The notes: a model not told the origin generated them from the sequence alone. 64,000 nt of DNA from Desulfatiglandales bacterium (GCA_963662465.1 OY759599.1:5536001-5600000); one strand, 5' to 3'; shown: positions 51,539 to 61,336, counted from the stretch's first letter. A program made the numbers and translations.

Positions 51539-51608
51539 CAGGGAATGAGGCAGAATGCATGAAGTACCTGGCTGGAAATGACTTAAATTTGAGCTGAAAC
51601 TTTCAAGA

Positions 51609-53375
51609 GTGGGGCTGGACAACCAGATTCTATTCCGTATGGACGAAGATCTTAAACTCGGAGATGTGCTGGACGGTAAATACCTGCTGGTGCGAAAACT
51701 TGGGGAGGGTGGATTTGGTTATGTCTATCTGGCCCAGGATACCCTGCTGAGCGAGCATTACGTTGCACTCAAATGCCTAAAAATCAATGATAGAGAAAAG
51801 GCGTCTTATTTCATCAGAGAAATGGACTTCCTCGCGACCCTCGCCGATCCTCATGTGGTGGGATTTTATCACCACTTCCAAAACAGGGACACTATTTTCC
51901 TGGTTATGGAATATTGTCCGGGCGGTTCTCTCCGCCGTCTATTGCAAACGGAAGGCAAGGTTAATCCGGAGAAAGCCACCGGTTGGGTCATTAAACTCTG
52001 CGACACACTCCAACGGGTACATGATCATGGCATCGTGCATCATGACCTGAAGCCGGAAAACCTCATTTTCAACCTTGATGGAACCCTCAAGATCGCGGAT
52101 TTTGGTGTCGCCAACACGAGGGGCGGCACTTATTCGTACATGTGCCCGGAACTCTTTCTCCCTGCCGAAAATGTCTCACGAACCGATGGGCGGGTGGATA
52201 TTTACGCGCTCGGCGTCACCCTGCTTGAATTGGTCACGGGGAAAAACCCCTTTTTCCATCTCTCCGAAGGCGACTTGCTCAACGCCAAAATACGCCTGGA
52301 TTTCGGTGACGTCCAATTACCCGAATGGCTCAAAGAAATCCTCCTCAAAGCGCTTCACCCAAAGCCCGAACTTCGCTTTCAAACCATGCGCGAATTCAAG
52401 GAAGCCATTGAATCGAGGCATGTTCCCTATGTCTTTGACCTTAAACGAATTCAGGCGCAGAAAGCAGCGCAGACTGCGGAATCGTATCTTTTAAGAAAGC
52501 GGTATCTCAAGGCCCTGAAGGTCAGCAATCAGGCGCTCAGCCAGGACCCCAATTGTGTTGGGGCTTTAATCACCGCTGGAAAATGCGAACTGCTCCTAAA
52601 AAGAGTTGAGCGCGCAGAGGCGTTTTTCGAGAAGGCGGTTAAACTCAATCCACGTGTAAACATACAGAAGCAACTTGGATGGATCTATCTGGAAAGGCAA
52701 CGTTTCCCCGAAGCCATATCCATGCTCTATGACCACCTTCAACGTGAAGCAGCCGATTACGAAGCCTACAATTTACTGGTAAAGGCGTTTTACGAAACAG
52801 GCCGGTATGAAGCAGCCATTGATCTGATAGAAATTATTCTGAAGGGCTACCGGGAAAACAACTGTTTTGAAAACAACCTCCTTCTTTGCTGCATTCTTTT
52901 CGGGAACTCTCCAGAGAGTTTGCCACTTTTTTGGGATAGAAAAAATCCATTTTTGATCTACAATTGGATTGTCTACAAAGAAAAACCCGCTGCCTGGGAT
53001 AGAGAAAACGGTAGACCCCTGAAGTCAAAGCTGATCTTTCAAGATTACAGGCATGGAAATGTCAGCAATCAGAAGCAAAATACGATCACCATCGAACAGG
53101 AAAATGGAGTAAGAAGTGAGTTTCAGAATCCCATCATCTGTTTGGGAAGAAATTCGGGAAATGATCTCGTTTCCAGCGAAATGAGTGTGAGTAGGCGGCA
53201 CTGCGTTATCATCAATTACCCAGAAGACGTTTGGCTGCACGATCTTGGCAGCACCCACGGCACCTACGTGGATGAACATCCTCTTGAGCAGCCCGCGTTT
53301 ATCGACCGGCGCTGCCGCCTTTCGATTGGGAACAGCGAATTAACGGTTTTGCCGAAGGAAGGGATATTGCTTTGA
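51609..53375 (+). CDS. Hanks-type Ser/Thr kinase with TPR repeats and C-terminal FHA domain
   Basis: LGEGGFG, VALK, HHDLKPEN, DFG; TPR-like helices; FHA GR...VSRRH...DLGSTHGT. The start may be ATG 51639. Confidence 0.9.
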   Translation: MGLDNQILFRMDEDLKLGDVLDGKYLLVRKLGEGGFGYVYLAQDTLLSEHYVALKCLKINDREKASYFIREMDFLATLADPHVVGFYHHFQNRDTIFLVMEYCPGGSLRRLLQTEGKVNPEKATGWVIKLCDTLQRVHDHGIVHHDLKPENLIFNLDGTLKIADFGVANTRGGTYSYMCPELFLPAENVSRTDGRVDIYALGVTLLELVTGKNPFFHLSEGDLLNAKIRLDFGDVQLPEWLKEILLKALHPKPELRFQTMREFKEAIESRHVPYVFDLKRIQAQKAAQTAESYLLRKRYLKALKVSNQALSQDPNCVGALITAGKCELLLKRVERAEAFFEKAVKLNPRVNIQKQLGWIYLERQRFPEAISMLYDHLQREAADYEAYNLLVKAFYETGRYEAAIDLIEIILKGYRENNCFENNLLLCCILFGNSPESLPLFWDRKNPFLIYNWIVYKEKPAAWDRENGRPLKSKLIFQDYRHGNVSNQKQNTITIEQENGVRSEFQNPIICLGRNSGNDLVSSEMSVSRRHCVIINYPEDVWLHDLGSTHGTYVDEHPLEQPAFIDRRCRLSIGNSELTVLPKEGILL

Positions 53376-53387
53376 GGGAGATGAATA

Positions 53388-53825
53388 ATGCCAAACCGAG
53401 TTGATTGTTTTCAGATGAGTTTATTTCAAAAAGATCCAAGGGATGTTGCAGATGAAATTGGACTGGATTGGTGGGCGGCAAAAAAACTCTATGACGACGC
53501 ATGGCTGAGTTTCGATCCTGAAACCAGTTTGATAAACAACTTTGGCATGGAAGCTGAGTTTGTTTTTCTGGGATCTTTGGTATCTGCCGGCTGCACACCG
53601 CGTATGCTGAATAGGTTATTGGACAAATTAGAGAAGCCTTATTGCTATGATATCCAAAAAATCTTTTATGATTGGTTTTCACAAACGTGGAAGGACCTGC
53701 CTTCTCAAGTGCCTTGCGAAGATACAGCTGAGAAAATCATTGGTGAATTTGAAACGCAAGGAGATATGGATTCCCTTCTGGAAATTCAAGAGATCATCGA
53801 GAAGCAAAAGAACAAGATCGGTTAA
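53388..53825 (+). CDS. Hypothetical protein co-transcribed with the kinase
   Basis: 145-aa acidic, Trp-rich ORF starting 12 bp after the kinase stop. Confidence 0.7.
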   Translation: MPNRVDCFQMSLFQKDPRDVADEIGLDWWAAKKLYDDAWLSFDPETSLINNFGMEAEFVFLGSLVSAGCTPRMLNRLLDKLEKPYCYDIQKIFYDWFSQTWKDLPSQVPCEDTAEKIIGEFETQGDMDSLLEIQEIIEKQKNKIG

Positions 53826-54004
53826 GAGAAATTGAAAGTTATGATGACGATAAGTTATACAAAGTTATTACGGATAGCAAAACGCAATATGCCCCTGCTA
53901 TCGCAGAACAGATTATAAAAAGTGAAAAAGATTTACCTCCAAAGGCCATTGCGCTGTTTGACAAGATATCCGCTATTTTGAAAATAGAGGAGGCTACCGC
54001 ATGA
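53822..54004 (+). pseudogene. C-terminal remnant of an OLD/GajA-like nuclease
   Basis: Startless 60-codon frame LREIESYDDDKLYKVITDSKTQYAPAIAEQII...LPPKAIALFDKI ending in an ATGA overlap with the helicase. Confidence 0.55.
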
Positions 54005-55839
54005 CAACCACAATTGAATTATCCGAAAAGCAGGAAAAAATTGTTTATGCTGAAAATGGCCCAATCTATGTAAAAGCTAGTGCCGGAAGTGGTAAAACAC
54101 GGGTTTTAACGGAAAGGGTGCGCCATTTACTGACTAAAACCAATAAAAAAGTTCTTGCTCTGACCTTTACTAATAAAGCGGGTGAGGAGATCAAGGAACG
54201 ATTAAATGATATCTCTGAAATAGAGAAGCGTGTTTTCGTGGGAACTTTTCATAGTTTTTGCCAGACCATGCTGGAAAATCACGGCAAATTGATTGGTCTG
54301 GTGAAAATGCCTCATATCTTTGAAGATGAAATAGACAGATTGGAATTGGTTGGGCAGGCGATAAATCAGACGCCATCCTATGCCGGAAAATACAAAACAC
54401 AGGATGAAAAAGAGAAAAAAGAATTCCGCTATCGTGTTTTGAATTTTGTTTCAGAAATGAAACGGAAGTTGATTGCCGACAATGAACTCGGGAAATATAC
54501 CGATGATGAAGATCTCGTGTTGGTGTATCAAAACTATCAGGATATTTTGCATGCCCAAAATGCAATAGACTTTGATGACTTACTGTTGCTCGCTTATAGT
54601 TTACTGGTGAATTATCTCAAAACAGCCGCTTTGTATCGCCGTAGTTTCTTTGCTATTTGCATCGATGAAGCACAGGACTTGAATCATGCTCAATATCAAT
54701 TTTTGCTTGCTTTGACGAATGGTGAATTTACCAATATCATGATGGTGGGTGATCCCAATCAATCCATTTACCACTTTAACGGGTCCTCCCCGGACTATAT
54801 GGATAAAGCGTTTGTTAATGACTTTAAGCCTGTTGTTGTGGAATTGAATGAAAATTTCCGTTCATCAAAAGCCGTATTGTCATCCGCAAAAAAAGTTGTC
54901 CCTGATGCGGAATATGTTGCGGAAACGGTTAAGGAGGGGATTTTTGAGATAAATGGTTTTAAAGACGAAGAAGCTGAATCGCAATGGGTTGTTGACAAAA
55001 TTAAGAAATTAATTGCTTTAAAAAAACATAAAGATATTGAAGGTAAAATTGCCTATGAAAAAATGGTGGTGCTTGCAAGAAACAAATACATCTTTAAACA
55101 ATTAGAGGCTCGATTAGAAGAGAATGATTTGCCGTATTACTACAAAATGACACCGGGTGCGGTTCAGTTTGAATCTGATTTAATGAAAATATTCGACCTT
55201 GCGTTAAGAGTAAGGTTAAATCCTCAAGATAGCCTGCATAAACAACGATTGTTAAGCCGTTTAAAAATAGAATCAACCGAAAATATGAGCCTGGAAGATG
55301 TGATTTCACAGGTATCGAATGATTTGAATAAAGCTCTCATCACACTGGTCATGGAATTAAGTGATGATGGAAGTAACCTGAAACAGGTGTTGGAAAAATT
55401 CAAGGGCAAACTGAGGATTGAAGATGAAAACGAAAAACATATGGTTATCAATGATATTGATGAATTTATTAAACACTGGCTTAATTACGCTAAGAAAACA
55501 GATAGCAAGTCACTGCATCAATTTAAAAATGCCATGGCTTTGGGACAAACGCATCCATTAGCACAACATTCCGGCATCACATTGAGTACGGTACACACGA
55601 TGAAAGGTCAGGAATTTGATATTGTCTTTGTTATTGGTATGGATCATGAGACTTTCCCTGATTATCGAGCTGTTCGAACCGGGGGTATTGAGATGACACA
55701 GGAAAAAAACAATCTGTATGTTGCTTTTACCCGCGCAAAACGCTTTTTGTATGTCACCTGGCCACAAAAAAGGAAGATGCCATGGAGCGATTATAAAACC
55801 CGGAGAATTTCACAATTTCTAGGAGTTTTCAAGGACTAA
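54001..55839 (+). CDS. UvrD/Rep helicase (GajB-like)
   Basis: ASAGSGKT, LTFTNKA, IDEAQD, GDPNQSIY, ENFRS, TVHTMKGQEF, LYVAFTRA; AT-rich. Confidence 0.88.
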   Translation: MTTTIELSEKQEKIVYAENGPIYVKASAGSGKTRVLTERVRHLLTKTNKKVLALTFTNKAGEEIKERLNDISEIEKRVFVGTFHSFCQTMLENHGKLIGLVKMPHIFEDEIDRLELVGQAINQTPSYAGKYKTQDEKEKKEFRYRVLNFVSEMKRKLIADNELGKYTDDEDLVLVYQNYQDILHAQNAIDFDDLLLLAYSLLVNYLKTAALYRRSFFAICIDEAQDLNHAQYQFLLALTNGEFTNIMMVGDPNQSIYHFNGSSPDYMDKAFVNDFKPVVVELNENFRSSKAVLSSAKKVVPDAEYVAETVKEGIFEINGFKDEEAESQWVVDKIKKLIALKKHKDIEGKIAYEKMVVLARNKYIFKQLEARLEENDLPYYYKMTPGAVQFESDLMKIFDLALRVRLNPQDSLHKQRLLSRLKIESTENMSLEDVISQVSNDLNKALITLVMELSDDGSNLKQVLEKFKGKLRIEDENEKHMVINDIDEFIKHWLNYAKKTDSKSLHQFKNAMALGQTHPLAQHSGITLSTVHTMKGQEFDIVFVIGMDHETFPDYRAVRTGGIEMTQEKNNLYVAFTRAKRFLYVTWPQKRKMPWSDYKTRRISQFLGVFKD

Positions 55840-55901
55840 AATGGTATTTTTCAAAAAACGCCAAATATGAAGAGTTAGGTTAAGAAAATGGGAGTTTCAG
55901 A

Positions 55902-57059
55902 ATGAAAAAGCCGTTTGTCTTTCAGAATCTCGTCGCGCTTTGTAGACTCACCCATGAGGGAGTGAGGGATCAGGCCGCCCGAACTGTGGATGGGTATCTG
56001 GTTGTTCGCAACTGGCTTTTCGGTTGGTATATGGTGGAGTATGAGCAGAGCGGTGCGGATCGGGCTCAGTATGGAACTGCCACCCTGAAACAGCTTTCTG
56101 AGGCTCTGAAAAGCAGTATCGGTCGCGGATTCTCTGTGGACTCCCTCGAACGTATGCGGCGATTTTACATGACCTACAAGTACTTTCTCCCACAATCGAC
56201 CATGTCCGAGACAGCGTCTCGGATTTTGGGTTGGGAGATTTCCGAGACAGCGTCTCGGATTTCTAAAAGACTGGCGGAAGGATCTCTTCCTTTTTCAGAA
56301 GTTGTGTGCGCTGAACTTCTCCAACAGATCAAGCTTAGTTGGTCCCACTACGTTGTGTTGCTCACCATCGACAATCCCGACGAACGCCGGTTCTACGAAA
56401 TCGAGGCGACTGAAAACAGATGGAGTGTCCGTGAATTTGAGCGTCAGCTCTCTAGTTCCCTCTATGAACGGCTGGCCCTGAGCCGGAACATGGAGGAGGT
56501 TCGACGCCTTTCAGAGGAGGGCTATGTGGTGGAAAAAGCCGCAGACCTCATCAAAAACCCCTTTGTTCTGGAGTTTCTCGGTCTAGCGGAAAAACCTGCT
56601 TACTCGGAAAACGAATTGGAATCGGCCATTATTGACCGGCTGGAGACTTTCCTGCTCGAACTCGGCAAGGGATTTCTCTTCGAGGCGCGCCAGAAGCGAT
56701 TTACGCTTGATAACGATCACTTTTATGTGGATCTGGTCTTCTACAACCGGCTGCTGCGTTGTTATGTGCTTATTGACCTCAAGCGCGATAAGCTGACCCA
56801 TCAGGATCTGGGCCAGATGCAGATGTACGTAAACTACTTCGACCGCCATGTAAAGCTGGAGGACGAACTTCCTACCGTTGGCATTGTACTCTGCCGTCGC
56901 AAGAGTGATGCATTGGTCGAACTCACCCTACCCAGAAATGCCAATATCTTTGCCTCGAAGTACCAGCTCTATCTCCCGTCGAAACAGGAACTAAAGGCGC
57001 AGGTGGAAAAAGTTCAGGCTGAAATGGAACAAGGGGCCGTGAGGCCTATGGAATATTAA
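55902..57059 (+). CDS. Second YhcG/DUF1016 protein
   Basis: LSWSHY, KNPFVLEFLG, FLLELGKGF, DLVFYNRLLRCYVLIDLK, GQMQMYVNY. Confidence 0.92.
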   Translation: MKKPFVFQNLVALCRLTHEGVRDQAARTVDGYLVVRNWLFGWYMVEYEQSGADRAQYGTATLKQLSEALKSSIGRGFSVDSLERMRRFYMTYKYFLPQSTMSETASRILGWEISETASRISKRLAEGSLPFSEVVCAELLQQIKLSWSHYVVLLTIDNPDERRFYEIEATENRWSVREFERQLSSSLYERLALSRNMEEVRRLSEEGYVVEKAADLIKNPFVLEFLGLAEKPAYSENELESAIIDRLETFLLELGKGFLFEARQKRFTLDNDHFYVDLVFYNRLLRCYVLIDLKRDKLTHQDLGQMQMYVNYFDRHVKLEDELPTVGIVLCRRKSDALVELTLPRNANIFASKYQLYLPSKQELKAQVEKVQAEMEQGAVRPMEY

Positions 57060-57283
57060 AAAGGGATGGGTTTCGGCAACGTAGTAGGGTCGGACAATGG
57101 TAAATGTTTGAGCAACCGTTCCAAAAGTTCAAAAATATCCTCATTTTCGGGTTTAGCGGCTGATGCAGATGCACGTGAATTATACTTCGACCGCTATGTA
57201 AAGCTGAAGAACACACTGCCCACTGAAGGACTGATTTAGAGAATGCCATTGTTTCAACCGATGGCGCGAATAAGGGTTAAACA

Positions 57284-58474
57284 ATGAAAATTGAATACCT
57301 GCGAATTAAAAATTTCAAGGCATTCCGTGATATTGAAATGAAATATATCCCCGGTTTCTGCGTCGTTGTCGGTGCAAATGGCACAGGGAAATCCACGTTG
57401 TTTGATGTGTTCGGGTTCTTAAAAGACTGTTTGACTTACAACGTAACGCGTGCCTTTCAAAGCCGTGGCGGTTTTAAAGAAGTTGTTTCCCGAGGGCATG
57501 AAACTGAAAATATTGTCATCGAGCTGCAATTCCGAATGCTCATAACAAATGCTGAACGATTGGTTACCTATCATATCGAAATTGGAACCAAAAAAGGACG
57601 TTCGGTGGTGGAGAGGGAAATCCTCAGTTACAAGCGCGGCGCATTCGGCTCGCCATATCACTTTCTGGATTTCAGGTTTGGAGAAGGCTATGCCATTACC
57701 AACGAAGAAGATTTTGACAAGACGGAAGAAGAACTCCAACGGGAAACCCAGAAACTGGATTCGGAAAATGTTCTGGCAATTAAAGGGCTGGGACAATTTG
57801 AGCGGTTCAAAGCCGCCAGCGCTTTTCGGCAGTTGATCGAAAACTGGTATGTTTCCGATTTTCATATTAATATGGCGCGCGGCAGCAAGGACGCGGCAGG
57901 CCTTGATGACCATCTTTCCGTCAGCGGCGACAATCTTCAATTGGTGGCCAACAATCTCTTTGAGAATTACCCCGATGTTTTTGAGGGGATTATCAAAAGA
58001 ATGACCGAACGTGTGCCGGGGGTCACTGAAATCAAACCCATATCAAGCCCTGACGGCAGGCTGCTCCTGGGTTTCAAGGATGGTTCATTCAAGGACCCGT
58101 TTATCGACAGATATGTCAGTGACGGCACTATCAAGATGTTTGCTTATCTTGTGCTGCTCAATGACCCTGACCTCCATTCGCTGCTGTGTGTGGAGGAACC
58201 GGAAAACCAGTTGTACCCGAAACTGCTTTGGGAGCTGGCCGAAGAGTTCCGTGATTATGCTGTTCGCGGCGGCCAGGTTTTTGTTTCCACCCATTCCCCG
58301 GATTTTTTAAATGCCACGGAGCTGGACGAGGTTTTCTGGCTGGTCAAGCGGGATGGGTTTGCCGACATTGTACGGGCGCGGGACAACGAGCAGGTTGCGT
58401 CATTCATGGCCGATGGGGATCAAATGGGGTATCTTTGGGATCATGGTTTTTTTGAGGGAGCGGATCCGGAATGA
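57284..58474 (+). CDS. AAA_21/ABC ATPase
   Basis: GANGTGKS, VSDGT, VEEPENQLYP, STHSP. Confidence 0.88.
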   Translation: MKIEYLRIKNFKAFRDIEMKYIPGFCVVVGANGTGKSTLFDVFGFLKDCLTYNVTRAFQSRGGFKEVVSRGHETENIVIELQFRMLITNAERLVTYHIEIGTKKGRSVVEREILSYKRGAFGSPYHFLDFRFGEGYAITNEEDFDKTEEELQRETQKLDSENVLAIKGLGQFERFKAASAFRQLIENWYVSDFHINMARGSKDAAGLDDHLSVSGDNLQLVANNLFENYPDVFEGIIKRMTERVPGVTEIKPISSPDGRLLLGFKDGSFKDPFIDRYVSDGTIKMFAYLVLLNDPDLHSLLCVEEPENQLYPKLLWELAEEFRDYAVRGGQVFVSTHSPDFLNATELDEVFWLVKRDGFADIVRARDNEQVASFMADGDQMGYLWDHGFFEGADPE

Positions 58475-59031
58475 GAACCATTGTTTTCGCCCTTGAGGAA
58501 CCGTCCGCCTAAGAGATGTTAAAAGGCATTCTGCCAAAATTGCTGCCCAGTGATATGGTGCCGCGATTTATGGTGTTTAAAGGGAAAAGTGATCTCGAAA
58601 AGCGACTCCCGGTTTATCTTCGGAACTGGAAAATTCCGTGTATCAAATTCGTTGTTATCCGGGATCAGGATTCAGCCGACTGTCAAGAGGTGAAAAGCAA
58701 ACTTCTTGAACTGTGCAGGAATGCAGGAAAGCAGGAAACGCTGGTTCGAGTGGCCTGCCACGAACTCGAAAGCTTCTATCTCGGTGATTTGTCGGCTGTT
58801 GAAAACGGACTGGGATTAAAAGGGCTTGCCCGAAAACAAAACTCAAGGAAGTTTCGCGATCCCGATCATCTTGCCAATCCAGCTCAAGAACTCAAGCGGT
58901 TAACAAGAGAAAAATACCAGAAAGTGTCGGGATCGCGGGCCATTGGCCCGCATCTGATGCTTGAAGGAAATCGTTCAAAAAGTTTTCGGGCGCTCATTTC
59001 AGGTTTGAAGCGCCTGTTGGAAAATGAATAA
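58471..59031 (+). pseudogene. DUF4276 (TOPRIM-like) partner with a nonsense codon
   Basis: MRTIVFALEEPSA*EMLKGILP: in-frame TAA at 58510-58512 separates the EE motif from the rest (RDQD, ELESFYLGD). Confidence 0.82.
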
Positions 59032-59160
59032 TGTAAATCCAAAATCCTGGGACGCCTTAATTTACCTTTGGGAGTATGTATTCCTGAATTGAGTAAGGTG
59101 TTCCCGGACTTGCCTTTAGGGAAAGCAAGATCTTCAGAAGTCAATTCGAGAGGAGGCAGC

Positions 59161-60801
59161 ATGATGAGTACGCTATGGCCGAAAGAACTGCCTCGACATA
59201 CAGATTCAGGGGCTGAAAAGAAGGTTTATGAGGCCCTGAAAACAGGGCTTCCCAAAGGTTGGCATGCCTGGCATTCCTTGCGGTTGCGAAGCCGCATAAC
59301 GGGGCAACCCGATGAGACGGATTTTGTTATTGCGGATCCTTCCAAACCATCGCTTCTCATCCTGGAAATCAAGGGAGGGCTCATCGAAGTCTCAGACGGG
59401 CATTGGCTTCAAAATGGCCATGTCATGGACTCTCCTCCACTCAATCAAGCTTATGATTTTCGCTCCCTCCTGATTGACCGGTTTAGGGATCGAAAGATCA
59501 ATCCTCCCAAAATGGGCTGCGCAGTATGTTTTCCAGATGTGATGTTTGAAGAAGGTCCTTCAGGAGACGATCTCAGGGGCGTGGTTATTGGAGAAAATGA
59601 ACTTCCCTATCTCGAAGACATTCTGCCGACCGTTATGGCGCAGGCTGTGCCAAATCCATGGTCCACGGGCAATAATAGATGGCTCCACACTCTTCATGAA
59701 TTTTGGGGCGAAACGTGGGTCCCGGATATATGCCTGGGGAGCCGGGTCCAGTTGGATGAGGAAAAGCGCCTTCAACTGGACCACCAGCAGGTACATATTA
59801 TGGAAAGCCTGGAACAAAACGATCGTTTGCTCATTCAGGGATCCGCCGGCACCGGAAAAACGCTTTTGGCCATGAACACGGCGCAGCGGGAATCGGATGA
59901 AGGGAAGCGGGTCTTGCTGCTTTGTTTTACCGAAGCCCTGGCGGCTTTTTTAAGAGAGTGTCTGAAGGATTCAAAGGTCGAGGTGGGCGCAGTAAGGCAT
60001 TTTGCAAAACATCTTCTGGGGGAAAAAGCGCCGAGAGAATTGCTGGGGCAAACTTCCGACTATTGGGAAGAGGTGAGTTTGAGGGCAGCGATGGATGCTG
60101 TTCCTCCGGAAAAAGAGCTTTGGGAAACCGTTATTGTGGACGAAGGCCAGGATTTCAGTGGAAACGATTGGGAGCTGGCCCGGGAATGTGTCCACCCGCA
60201 GGGAAAGCTCTGGGTTTTTGCGGATCAGGAACAGGCTTTCTGGCCCGATCGGGGATTGAGCAACGAAGCGATGCAGGGATTCATGAAATACAATCTCAAG
60301 AAGCCCTACCGGTGCCATCCGGCCATTCAACATCTGGATGAATGCTATTCAGGAATTTGCAATCCAGATCATCTATTGCTTCAAAGAAGCGTCAAAGAAG
60401 GCGTTATTCGAATCATCACCAGCTCCGAGACACGTTTGACCAAACAAATAGGCAAGGAGATCCATCGTCTTTTGAGCGGTGGCCTCAAACCCGATGATAT
60501 TGTGGTGTTGTCTCTTCGGGGCAGAGGTTCCAAAGAAGGCATTACCCACATGAAAGAAATAGCCGGCCACCCAGTATTTCTTGCTACCGATCCAGCGGCC
60601 GGGGAAAACATCATTTGCGACACGTTCCTTCGCTTTAAGGGGCTGGAACGTCCGGCGGTTATTGTTACCGATTTTCGGCTGGTCTCGGATCTTTATGAGA
60701 AGCGGATGCATATTGCCGTATCCCGTGCGCTGAGCCTCCTTCGAATTGTGGGTTTGGAAAGTGAGATTCGAAAAGATGAGCGACTTGCGGGGTTGATTTG
60801 A
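59161..60801 (+). CDS. NERD nuclease + SF1 helicase fusion
   Basis: SGAEKKVY...ETDFVI...LEIKGG; GSAGTGKT, VDEGQD, RFKGLE, IAVSRA; AGGAGG RBS before ATG 59161. Confidence 0.88.
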   Translation: MMSTLWPKELPRHTDSGAEKKVYEALKTGLPKGWHAWHSLRLRSRITGQPDETDFVIADPSKPSLLILEIKGGLIEVSDGHWLQNGHVMDSPPLNQAYDFRSLLIDRFRDRKINPPKMGCAVCFPDVMFEEGPSGDDLRGVVIGENELPYLEDILPTVMAQAVPNPWSTGNNRWLHTLHEFWGETWVPDICLGSRVQLDEEKRLQLDHQQVHIMESLEQNDRLLIQGSAGTGKTLLAMNTAQRESDEGKRVLLLCFTEALAAFLRECLKDSKVEVGAVRHFAKHLLGEKAPRELLGQTSDYWEEVSLRAAMDAVPPEKELWETVIVDEGQDFSGNDWELARECVHPQGKLWVFADQEQAFWPDRGLSNEAMQGFMKYNLKKPYRCHPAIQHLDECYSGICNPDHLLLQRSVKEGVIRIITSSETRLTKQIGKEIHRLLSGGLKPDDIVVLSLRGRGSKEGITHMKEIAGHPVFLATDPAAGENIICDTFLRFKGLERPAVIVTDFRLVSDLYEKRMHIAVSRALSLLRIVGLESEIRKDERLAGLI

Positions 60802-60858
60802 CTTGTCCATTTTTTGAAATCAAAAAAGTTGGCGTTTACTTCAAAAAAAATTACAGCT

Positions 60859-60892
60859 TGTGACCGGATATGTCAAACACCTGTGTTATGGT
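60859..60892 (+). promoter_or_regulatory. WYL-box promoter copy 3
   Basis: TGTGAC-CGGATAT-GTCAAA, then TGt-TATGGT at 60887-60892; same 11-bp gap after GTCA, in otherwise unrelated sequence. Confidence 0.75.
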
Positions 60893-60952
60893 TTCCCACA
60901 AGAAAGCTTGGAAGCTTTTGGAAATGGAACCATTTCTTATTGGGAGGGCAAA

Positions 60953-61270
60953 ATGGACTGGGATGATGAATTTGATGATGGGTATGATGAAATAGGCAAT
61001 TCATCACAGCGGCATGGGATCATACAGGATCAGGAAACCAACAGCGGTTTAGATCCAGTTAACATTACCAATCCATCCAGTGCATATTTTTTTCTAAGCG
61101 ATGATGCTCAGGATGAGATCAGCGGGGGAAAAGGGAAGAACATGAAATGCCGGTCCTGCGGCTATAGATTTACGGGTGAGTTCTATGAAAGTTGCCCGGA
61201 ATGTTACAGTGTCAATACCGAAGAACTCGAAAAAGAGAACGATGAGGTGTGGCGTGATGAAAATTTCTAA
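60953..61270 (+). CDS. Small acidic protein with C-terminal Zn ribbon
   Basis: GGAGG RBS; MDWDDEFDDGYDE...CRSCG...CPEC. Confidence 0.75.
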   Translation: MDWDDEFDDGYDEIGNSSQRHGIIQDQETNSGLDPVNITNPSSAYFFLSDDAQDEISGGKGKNMKCRSCGYRFTGEFYESCPECYSVNTEELEKENDEVWRDENF

Positions 61271-61336
61271 ATGAATTTTCTGACAATATATTCTCAAGCT
61301 GAAACTTGGTAACGAGACAGAAACAAAGAGGTTATT

